Shown: piece by piece, positions 53,951 through 64,000 of the stretch | Numbering within the stretch: the stretch's first letter is position 1 | Layout: each line of letters opens with the position of its first letter | Source: Malacoraja senta | Lineage: Eukaryota | Direction: 5' to 3' | NCBI GenBank assembly: GCA_038087875.1 | Contig: CM075989.1 | Span: forward strand, 1,054,001 to 1,118,000 | Length of the DNA: 64,000 nucleotides | Made by a program: the position numbers and the translations under genes | The notes under the pieces: generated by a model | Told to the model about the DNA's origin: nothing | The model's database searches: none | The model's input: only the letters and a program-made list of their open reading frames with translations

Positions 53951-55015
53951 TCAATACCATGTCTGGTGAAGGCCAATGTGCCGAAAACCACATTGACCAC
54001 CCTGTCTACCTTACAAACTATGTACCTGTACCCCTAGATCCTCTGCTCAGCAACACTCCATAAGACCCTGCTATTCACTGAAGTCCTGCCCTAGTTTGAC
54101 TTCCCAAAATGCGAAACCTCGCACGTATCCACATTAAACTCTATTAACCAATCCTCAGCCCACTTGCCCAACTGGTCAAGGACTTGCTGTAATTTTTGAA
54201 AACCATCTGTTCTATGAGTTAGTGCCATCTGCAAACTCTGCAAAATGCCTTCAACATTCTCATCCAAATCATTTATATGAACCACAAACAACGATGGGCA
54301 CGGTACCGATCCCTGAGATACACCATTAATAATCTGAGTGAAATTCCCTTGGATTAGCATCCCCAGAATTTGCCTGGATTTAACTTCAGTTACGGGGTTA
54401 TGGTTAGACTGGTCTTGACCTCACTGGAGCAGAGAAGTTTGAGGGATGACCAGATAGTTGTATATAAAATTATAAGAGGCAGAGATTGGGTAGATTGTAG
54501 GGATGTTACAAAATTTTGTGATGTTAAAAATCAAGCTGTAATTTATCCCATCAGATAAAGCATAAAAAGAAGTTTAATTTGATACCTAATTCACTTTCAT
54601 GTCTTAAGTATTAAAAAAGTTATGGTCATTTGCATACTCAGATATTAGCATCTTGTTCCCCATTGCTTTTCCATTGACTTAACACAAAAGCTGTGATCGA
54701 GGACAGTCAATTGACATGAAAGCCCATAACTTTCTTAAAAATTAAGAAAACAGAATGAATTTTTCAGTTATTATAGATTGAAGCATTCTGAAACAAATAT
54801 GATACATCTTACTTGGATGACCTGAAATTAAAGTATATAATTAGTTAATTACCTAATTAAGTAGCTAATTACAAAATTAACCGTTGCGATGGAAATAGTA
54901 ATAAACACCCAGGCTGCCTTGAAAATTAAAAAATGTGATATTGTCAAGATCAGAACTTTAATATTATTGTATTATATGCTGTAAGCATAACAGACAGGTA
55001 AAAAAATTACAATTT

Positions 55016-55394
55016 CTAGAAAAAGACCAAGTCTTCATGGAGAAGATCAGTTGCTAGTTGGTACATTGGCATATCATAATCAGTAGCATCATCATACTCC
55101 TCAGACTGCAACCAATCAGCAACTCTGTACACCTTGTTTTTCCTCAACTTTTCAATTTTGGCATTGTAAACTACAAGTTTTTGCTCTTCAAACCACGCAT
55201 GACATGCTTTTCTGCCCACTACTTTCCCATTCAGACTGACTTTTTCCAAACATGGTATACAAGTACAAGATGTGTCCAATTTTAAGATCTCTCTTAGACT
55301 CGGGCATGACAGAGAAATTCACTTCAAAGTAAGCTCTAGCTAAGCCAGGCTGGGCATTTGGATTGACAATTTTGCATTTCTTCTTCGGAGGCAT
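55016..55394 (-). pseudogene. ~125-aa transposon-borne gene with a Spin/Ssty (Spindlin-like Tudor) C-terminus, one frameshift
   Basis: ttttcag|ATG MPPKKK.., frameshift near 55240, then VVGRKACHAW..VYNAKI..YRVADW..MYQLATDLLHEDLVFF*. Domain similarity was judged by eye only. Confidence 0.5.
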
Positions 55395-55850
55395 CTGAAA
55401 AATATAAAGAAAAAAACCACTGAACAGCATTAAGTAGAAACAAGCTTTTATTTGCAGTTTTAGAAAAAAAATAGAAATGATTTTGTTCAACAAAATGCCT
55501 AACACAAGTTAAACGTTAAAACAAATAGTAAATACCCAACAAAACATTTATATTCATCAGTCATCAAATCAATTAAATTCATCTAAATTCAATTACTAGA
55601 TCTAAACATCTATCCCATTCTTAAGAAAAGGCTAAAAATATTTTTTTAAACAGCCAATGTATCCAATTAACAAACTGATCCCATTCACACTAGAATTCAC
55701 AATATAACATGATTTTTAAATCTCACTTTGTCATGAATTTCTATGCCAAATAGAAGGAATTAAATGTTTAATCCCATAAATTGTACTCTGTTGGTTCATA
55801 ACACTGCAGCAGGCAAGGGCCGTTTTACACAGAAATGTGTTCAAAAGCCA

Positions 55851-56100
55851 CAAACATCCACTCTCAAGATAATCAAAATGATAAGATCATCTAAATTATC
55901 TATATTTTGTGTAATTGTCTACCCATGATCCATAAATATCTGACTAAAAACTATGTACTGTGGATGTTTTTAGTCAGATATTTAGTATGAAAATATTGAT
56001 CATGGATAGACAATAGCACAAAATATAGATAATTGAGATTTTCTTATGATATGATTGTGCAAAAAATAATGAATTTGATTATCTTGAGAGTGGATGTTTG
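55851..56100. repeat. 250-bp imperfect foldback
   Basis: Outer arms CAAACATCCACTCTCAAGATAATCAAA and its perfect reverse complement. Inner arms AAATATCTGACTAAAAAC / GTTTTTAGTCAGATATTT. Confidence 0.9.
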
Positions 56101-56574
56101 TTCATTATGATAGAGTTCGGATTGTGGCCGCTGCCATGATTTTGCTCACACTCACAGCCGGTGGGCAAGACACGGCCGATATCGAGGCCTAAATAACATA
56201 TTTCACATCATCAGATTAAAATGAAATTACACCAAAAACTAGATAAGATGTTAAATAAAGTACATACCTTTCGTGTTGTCCTGAACTTGCGATCTGTGAT
56301 TTTGAAGGCGTTGAAGTTCAGCCCGAATTTCATCCAGCGATTGAATAGTCAAGCAACGTTTTTTTTTAAATCGTGAACGGGATGACAGGACAAAATTTCC
56401 TCATAAGCTTGTCATATGAGGAAATCCCTCCCTGACAACCAATAAAAACCTGCATTTTACTAACCCCCACACACAGCCTCTCGAGTCGCATGCACAGGCA
56501 GTGACAGATCTAGAGTGCCACTGATGGCAGGAATTTGTAACAACAATACTGGCTGTGATATCTAAATCATCATT

Positions 56575-57640
56575 ACACAAAGATGAGGTGCCGGAAGACT
56601 TGAGGGTGGCTAATGTTGTGCCTCTATTTAAAATGGGAACAAGAGACCAGTGAGCCTAACTTCTGTGGTAAGCAAGTTACCCAATAGTTTCTGAGGGATA
56701 AGATATGTGTGGTTTGGATAGACAGAGGCTGAATAGGGATAGTCCGCATGGTTGTGGATGTGGGAGATCTGAATGAGTTGTTTGAAGAAGTAACCAAAAG
56801 AGTTAATGAGACAAAGCCATAGAGATTGTCTATATAGACTTCAGCAAGACCTTGAGAAGACTGTCAAATAAACACAGTAATTAAGGCCTTGTTTGAAAGT
56901 TATGTCCGACATCTACTTGTAAATTGTCCCTCGTGTGTGTAGGATAGTGTTTGTGTGTGTGGATCGCTGGTCTGCGCAGACTTGGTGGGCCGACAGGCCT
57001 GTTTCCACGCTATATCACTAAACTAAACTAAATCCACTTGTTGATCCATCATACTTGATATAGACAATAGACAATAGGTGCAGGAGTAGGCCATTCGGCC
57101 CTTCGAGCCAGCACTGCCATTCAATGTGATCATTGCTGATCATCCACAATCAGTACCCCATTCCTGCCTTCTCTCCATATCTCTTATCTCCGCTATCCCT
57201 AAGAGCTCTATCTAACTCTGATATAGGATCAGTAGTTAGGTGATACGCAGTCTTGATATTGAGAATGGTTGGTGAGATAGAAAACTGAATTACAGGGGTA
57301 TCAGTGCTTAATATTAAGTGTGACAACATGTTTTAATGGGAAACAAATAGATTACTAGCACAGAAAATTGTGCAAATAGCAGATAATTCATTTTTAAGGA
57401 ACTGCGGACTTGAACTCCTAAGGCCCTCTGTTCATCAACATTCCTGAACACCCGAACCCATTTCCTGTACATGTCCTGCCCCTGTTTGACTTCCCAAAAT
57501 GTATCACCTACACTTGTCAAAATTCCATCTGCCAACACTCTGCTCAACTTTCCATCCGATCTATATCTACGTCGTCTATGGTAATCTTGCTCACTATCAC
57601 CAGGTTTCATGTCATCAGCAAACTTACTAATCATACCAAC
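56575..57640. mobile_element. Cluster of CR1 fragments (56575-56860 +, 57058-57220 -, 57390-57640 -) and a SINE 3' end (56920-57031 +)
   Basis: ISKFADD on the minus strand, plus tails matching other copies. Confidence 0.7.
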
Positions 57641-58645
57641 TGCTTTCACACCCCCTACATAGCCTGTGCTTGGAGGGATGTGGAATAGGTTATTGTTAGA
57701 TGAATAAATGGATCACCTCACCCTCATCTCTGATACAGCTGGTGTTCTTTGTGAAGAATTTAGGCTTATGGCCAGGAAGCAACTAAATTAGGATTATATC
57801 TCAAAAAGATACAGGCCCGTTTGTATTCCCAACATCTCATCACAATAATAGCTTGCCAAGTTTATTAGTTGCATGTAGAGCCAAGAGACGGAATCAAAAG
57901 TAAATGACAACGCTGCACTGTAACCTTCATATCAAAGCTATAATTAGATTTTGTGTTGCTTTTCTTTTTTTAAAGTCTCATTGATTAATGCTAAACATTG
58001 TTCACCCAGATGAAAGAGCAATGGACATGGAGCCAGAGAAGGTGACAGCTCTCTCTTTTGACAACTATCTTCTTTACATCTAAAATAAGCTGGAGTGAAG
58101 ACAAACTATCTTACTTTTTTCTAAATAACATTCGATCGACAAATCAGAGGCATTACAGCAAATCAATGCACCATCCTGCATTTTGCTGAAGATATCTGTG
58201 CTGGCTGCACATTGTTTCATAACTGACAAAGGAAGCAATTTGCAAGTTATTAATGGCAATGGAGTCTTGCATTATCAGAGCAGCTGGTAAGGGGGCCTCA
58301 CCCACTGCTATTCCTATCACAGAGCATGCCAGACTTCATTCCCAACATGTTTGTGACGGTCATCGCTAATTAGTGGGTCAATATGAAAGAAGTTGATGTA
58401 AAAGTTGATGGCCTTCCTTGTTAACCTTGCTGCATCGTATTTCTACTTCCATAAATTGCACGATGCAAAGCAGATTTCCCAGCCATTGTCATGCCGCTAC
58501 TGCCCAGGTGATGGTCGGTTGTCTCAGAGTACAGTTAATCAGGGTGAACAGGGGAAACTGTCGACCAGGAACAGAACAGCTTCTTTCCCACTATTATCAG
58601 TCTCTTGAATGGACCTCTCACAAACTAGGGGGTGTCTCTGACTAA

Positions 58646-59114
58646 AGGGCCTGTCCCACGGGTATGCGACTCCATGCGGCAAGCACGACCTAACGTGGTC
58701 GCTTGAGCCGTATGGCCTCGCGGGGCCGGTCCCACTTCGATCGCCGGAGCCGTATAGAGTTGCGCGGAGCTAGTCCCGACATCGCGCGGGGCTCCGAAAA
58801 ACTGAACGTGTTCAAAAATTCCGCGCGGCAACGGCCTACCGTCCCGCAGCCGCCTCGACGCCGTACCCACCGCCTCGACGGGCGTGCGCAGCGTCTCGAA
58901 GCCGTACGCAGCGTCTTGAAGCCATACGTCACGCCCGAACTTCCCGCGTCACTCACTCGACCTCCGCGCGGCCCCCGCTTCCGGTTAGGTTGCGCTTGCT
59001 GCATGCAGCCGAATGCTGGTGGGACCAGCCCTGTACAGGGATCACTCGACCTCCGCGCGGCCCCCACTTCCAGTTAGGTCGCGCTTGCCGCATGGAGTCG
59101 CAAGGACAGGCCCG
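58646..59114. mobile_element. PIF/Harbinger-type MITE
   Basis: TIR GGGCCTGTCC..TGCGACTCCATGCGGCAAGC.CGACCTAAC. Flanks TAA / TTA. CpG-rich. Confidence 0.82.
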
Positions 59115-59953
59115 TTACTTATTGCAAATCTTGAGCCTTCTCTGTACCTGTAACACTATAGCCTGCATATTTTTCCCATTCTCTTTGCCCTAAGTGTGTA
59201 TTCATGTATGGTTTTAATTGAAATCATGTATGAACGTTTATTTACCTGGATGTTCAGTGCTTGTAAAGCCAGAAACAAAACCAATACTAATAACCCACAT
59301 GTTCGATCTTTAGTGTGGATTAGAATGGGTTATGTGTTAGGGTGGATTACGTTTCTAGACAACTAGGAATCAGAAATGCAAGTAAAATAATGGAGCTGGA
59401 AAGACACAGCAGGTCAAGCAGCATCAGAGGGGTTGAAAACGGGGTTAACATTCCCGGTTTATGAGAGCAAACAGGCAACTTTAATTTACAAATACATCAG
59501 CAGTTCCAGGTATTATTTGTACAGAAACTTTCATGCAGCAAACTTTGCGAAGTCGGACATTTATTGAGCAAGTTGCATAGCAAACCATGTGAGGAGATAC
59601 AGTATTGGAGCTACTGGTCAAACAGTTGCTCATGGAGAAAGGTTTAAACAAATGATAAAAGAAGAGAGGGAGGGGAGATGTTTATGGAGAGAATTACAGA
59701 ACAAATCGAGGCTTCAGTTCTGTTGTGTTATGTTAGTACATTTCTTGCTTAAGAAAATGGTGTGCATTTCCTCTTTCAGACTTGGTATAGTTTTGAAAAT
59801 GCCCAGCATCGCAGCTGTCCTACTGATGGAAGCAGCCATTGTTCCACAAGATACAGCTTCTGCACTTCCTTGTGTCGCCATTGTTGCTATAAGAAGTAGC
59901 ATTGACTCGGTCCAATTAGAAATTAAAATCAAATTATGGCAGATATCTTGCAG

Positions 59954-60262
59954 GGTTTAGGTTAGTTTAGAGATACAGAGATCAAGAGAAACATGCCCTA
60001 CAGCCCACTGACCAGCGATCCCCGCACATTAACACAACCCTACACACACTTGGGACATTTTTATTACATTTATACCAAGCCAATTAGCCTACAAACCTGT
60101 ACGTCTTTGAAGGGAAGGAAGAAACCAAAGATCGCGGAGAAAACCCACGCAGGTAACGGGGGAAATTACAAACTTTGTACAGACAGCACCAGCAGTCACA
60201 ATTGAACCCAGGTCTCTAGCACTGTAAGGCAGCAACTCTACCGCTGCGCCATCCTGCCGCCC
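59954..60262 (-). mobile_element. HE1-like SINE
   Basis: Colinear with 31900-32222. Confidence 0.87.
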
Positions 60263-60963
60263 TTTGGTTATCATATACAAAGCAGCTTAGATCTAAGGAG
60301 GTGGTTCCAGAGCTGCTGTGGTTGAAACACAGTGTGTGGAGATGGTGCAGACAACTTGGGTTGTGACTGCTGTCAGGATCAACTGTTACTTCCTTCAGAG
60401 GAATACAGAGATGGAACTGGTCAGAATTCGATCGTACAATACTTTAGCATAGAGACCCTTCATTGGTTCCTGCACCCTCTGAGCCTGAGTGTTCCCAGTG
60501 TTTTCTGACATTGATTTACAATTACATCAAGAGTTTATTTAGCATTCTTCCCAGAAATTGTTTTGATTGGCAGGAATTTCAAGATTACCTTTCAGAAATA
60601 ATTTTGAATGACCGCGAGGTGAGAGAGAGAATGTGCGAACTCCTCAGAGACACCACCTGAGGTCAGGATTGAACCCGGGTCTCTGGCGCTGTGAGGCTGC
60701 AGTTTTACCAGGTACTGTGCTGCCCTTGTTGCCTCCCACATACCCAAGATATGCAGGTTTGTCGGTTAATTAGCTTCTATAAATTTCCCCTAATGTTTAG
60801 GGAATGGATGAAAAAGTGGGATAACATGGAATTAGTGTGCATGGATGAAGATTGTTGATTGGGAATCAGTGGATCGACGGGACTGTTTCCATGCTGTACT
60901 AAACTAACTATGACAGCAAAGAAATCGTGAAGACACAAGGAACTAAAGGTGCTAGTTTACTAA

Positions 60964-61594
60964 AGCCCCTGTCCCACTTTCACGACCTAATTGGCGACCT
61001 CTGCCAAGTTTGCCCTCGACTCATACTCGCAGCATGGTCGCCACGAGGTCGTAGGAGGTCTTCATAACTCTCCCTCATGCTCGTGAGTGGTTTCCGCGTA
61101 CTCGTGGCCTCAAGTAGGTCGTGGCGTTTTTCCAGCCTGATAAAAAATGTCCACAAGTAAAAAAAAGGTCAGCATGGAAAAAATTGATACTTTTTACTCG
61201 TAGGTAGTCGTAGATAGTCGTAGATAGTCGTAGGTAGTCGTAGGTAGTCGTAGGTAGTCGTAGGTAGTCGTAGGTAGTCGTAGGTAGTTGTAGGTCGGTA
61301 ACTGGCACGAGAAAAAAATGCAAACATGACATAATTTTATCATGTAATAATTTCCACTCGTAGCTAGTTGTAGTTGGTCTTAGGTGTGGAAGACTGAGGT
61401 CAGGGGGGGTCATAGGAAGTTGTAGACATAGTCGTAGGAGATCGTAGACATAGTCGTAGGAGGTCGTAGACATAGTCGTAGGTAGTCGTAGGAGGTCTTT
61501 TACTTTGGCGATTCAACACGACCTGGACATTTTTTTCAACTCGTCTAGGATCTTCTAAACTCGTGGATTAGGTCGTCCAAGTGGGACAGCCCCT
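60964..61594. mobile_element. PIF/Harbinger-type MITE with internal (GTCGTAGGTA)n arrays
   Basis: TIR CTGTCCCACTT..ACGACCTAAT and TAA TSD at 60961-60963 and 61595-61597. It splits a Penelope-like repeat (60932-61693). Confidence 0.85.
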
Positions 61595-61911
61595 TAAGAA
61601 AGATACATAGTATTGGAGTAATTCAACGGGTCAGGCAGCATCTCTTGATAAATTGGATAGGCAATGTTTCGGGTTGGGACCATTTTTCAGATTGATTGTA
61701 GTATTGGGGAGAAAGCTGGAAGATGGAGGAGGCCCAGGACAAAAGGTCAGTATGGGAATGGGATGGGGAGTTCAGTTTTAGGTTTAAATTTATTATTGTC
61801 ACGTGCAGTGAAAAGTGTTGTTTTGCATGCAATCCAATCGGAACAAATAATATAATGCATAAATACAAGGAAGTCAAACTCAAGTACAATAGATAGAGCG
61901 TAGGGGAAGAT

Positions 61912-62068
61912 AGAGCTCTAGGGGCTAGTGGAATCAAGGGATATGGGGAGAAGGCAGGCACGGGTTATTGATTGGGGACGATCAGCCATGATCACAATGA
62001 ATGGCGGTGCTGGCTCGAAGGGCCGAATGGCCTCCTCCTGCACCTATTTTCTAAGTTTCTATGTTTCT
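61912..62068 (+). mobile_element. CR1 3' end
   Basis: ggctcgaagggccgaatggcctcctcctgcacc plus tail. Confidence 0.85.
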
Positions 62069-62384
62069 AAGATACAGAACGCAGTATATTGTTATCAGAA
62101 TTGTAGCGCATCAGTTCCATAGTCTAATGCCTGCAATGGTGTAGCTTGTGGTAGGATGGTTCAGAAGCTGGATAACACAGGGAAAGAAGCTGTTTCTGGA
62201 TGTGTGGTGCTTGCTTTTAAACCTGTGTACTTTCTGCCAGAGGGAAGCATGTAGGAGGAGGAATGACTAACACTGGGACGTCCTTAATTTTGTTGGCTGT
62301 GTTTCCAAGGAAGTGTAGCGTTTAGTTTAGTGTAGTTTAGTTTAGAGATACAGCGGGGAAACAGGCCCTTCAGCTCACCGAGCG

Positions 62385-63752
62385 TAGAGACGATATACGC
62401 GGATGTCGCCAGGACTCGAGGGGCTGAGGTATAGGGAGAGGTTGAGCAGGCTGGGACTCTAATCCTTAAAGCTCAGGAGGATGAGAGGTGATCTTATAGA
62501 AATGCATAAGATCATGAGGGCAACAGATTAGCAATGTAACAAAATTTTGAGATTTAAAAAATAAAGTCTGTAATTTATCCCATCAGATAAAGCATATAAA
62601 GAAGTTTAATTTGACACCTAATTCACTTTCATATCTTCAGTATTAAAAAGGTTATGGCCATTTTCATACTCAGAAATTAGTATTGCTTTTCCATTGACAA
62701 CACAAAAGCTGTGATCAAGGACAGCCAAAAGCCCATAACTTTCTTAAAAATTAAGAGAACTGAAATAAATGTTCAGTTATTATAGATTGAAGCATTCTGA
62801 AACAAATATGAAACAATCTTACTTAGAAGACATGAAAGTAAAGCATATAATTAGTTAGTTACCTAATTGTAGCTAATTACAAAATTCAATTACTAGATCT
62901 AAACATCTATCAATTTCTTAAGAATAGATTAACATTTTTTAATAGCCTAAGTGTCCAAATAACATTCACACAATAATTCACAATATAACATAATTTTTAA
63001 ATCTGATTGTCATGGATTTACAGGCCAAATGGAAGGAATTTAATGTTTAATATCTGTAAATTAATGGCCATTTAAATCATCTTGCAAGTGGGGATTTCTG
63101 GTACGCGATCATTTTGAACGTTGATTTGCGGTGAATTTAACCCCGTATCGGTATGAAAAATTCTGCCGTTAGTTCAAGGAAAATAATTACCGTTTCGCAT
63201 TAAAAAATGTGAATTACAGGCTTCTTAAGAAGCACTTTTATACAAAAAAATGAACTGCTTTCGTTTACCTGTCCCATGTGTGAAATCCGTCCCCGTTGTC
63301 GGCGTTGACGGCTTTCGAAGCTGATTTTAAAATGACTCCAGCGCTGAAATTGTCGATCGAATAAAAATAAAAAATACACAAAACGCCCGTAGGAACGATT
63401 TTTCAGCAAAAGGTTGCACTCCAACGAAATATAATTCAGGACAAGGTAGGAGAATCCCGCGTTTTAACCCCGCCCCCCCCTTAAAGGCGGCAAAATCGCG
63501 CACACGGCCAGTGGAAGATTTGCAGCGCCGCTGAAGGTAAGTATTGTAACATACCTAAATAGATCGGGTGCACAGAGTCTTTCACCCAGAGTTGGGGAAT
63601 TAAGAACTAGGGAACATAGGTTTAAGGTGAGATGGGAAAAGATTTAATAGGAACCTGAGGGGCAATGTTTTCACACAGAGGATGATGGGTATATGGAACG
63701 AGCTGCCAGACGAGGTAGTTGTGGCAGCTACTATAACAACATTTAAAAGACA
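62385..63752 (+). mobile_element. CR1 3' fragment hosting the hAT-like element and a Helitron
   Basis: atcatgagggcaacagat|..|aatagatcgggt rejoins to CR1 sequence. Confidence 0.8.
62529..63557. mobile_element. hAT-like non-autonomous TIR element (gene-less relative of 54498-56548)
   Basis: TAGCAATGTAACAA ... TTGTAACATACCTA, with an apparent 7-bp TSD AACAGAT/AATAGAT. Confidence 0.75.
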
Positions 63753-64000
63753 CTAGACCAAGTGCAGACCCGTTGGGTGTGCTCCCCAAACGCAGGATTC
63801 CACCACTCACCCATTCCCCAAACGCAATATTCCACCACTCACGCAGAGCCCCCAACTGCACAGGCGTGGCTAATTTCTCCTCATCCCCCAGCTCTCCCTC
63901 CTCCTCCTCTTCACCCTCCCTCTTCAATCTCTAGAGAGGGAGGGGTGTAGAGAGTGATGGGTGGTAGAGAGGGAGGGGTGGTAGAGAGGGTGGGCTAGAG
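63753..64000 (-). mobile_element. Non-autonomous Helitron 3' end (continues past the window)
   Basis: Minus strand reads gcacacccaacgggtctgc (hairpin), then acttggtCTAG, then T. The last 11 nt are identical to those of copy 3. Confidence 0.78.

Larger units (their letters stand above)
52960..54330 (-). mobile_element. CR1 fragment with nested repeats
   Basis: GVSQGSVPCPSLF and LYKILVRPHFEYCVQF. Confidence 0.85.
54498..56548. mobile_element. hAT-like non-autonomous TIR element carrying a small gene
   Basis: Left terminus TAGGGATGTTACAA, right terminus TTGTAACAacaaTA. The left arm is homologous to 62529-63060. No TSD seen. Confidence 0.7.

Noticed and set aside
59714..59960. Overlapping ORFs and an acceptor-like ttcctctttcag at 59768-59779
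   Set aside because: No recognisable protein in the frames examined and no convincing partner exon.

Overview
Eukaryotic, gene-poor, repeat-dense DNA. The repeat repertoire points to a cartilaginous fish, probably a skate or ray (inference): CR1/HER1-type LINEs, HE1-type tRNA SINEs, Rex1/Babar and L1. I could not support any host protein-coding exon; every recognisable ORF is transposon-derived. Many elements are nested inside one another. Main contents: about 15 CR1 pieces, including a young subfamily with (ATATGGTT)n tails; Rex1 copies, one with an uninterrupted RT frame; a young 5'-truncated L1 with an intact ~990-codon ORF2 remnant and a 12-bp TSD; four Harbinger-type MITEs; a solo LTR; and five non-autonomous Helitrons, three stacked head-to-tail. 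Best leads: (1) a hAT-like TIR element carrying a small, apparently spliced gene whose C-terminus resembles a Spindlin (Spin/Ssty) Tudor domain, plus a sister copy lacking exactly that cassette; (2) a 139-bp TSD-flanked retroposon that starts with a minimal HDV-like ribozyme fold; (3) dispersed short repeats with hammerhead-ribozyme cores; (4) the Helitron stack; (5) a long foldback element containing telomeric repeats. All alignments and folds were done by eye, and boundaries of old elements are approximate.
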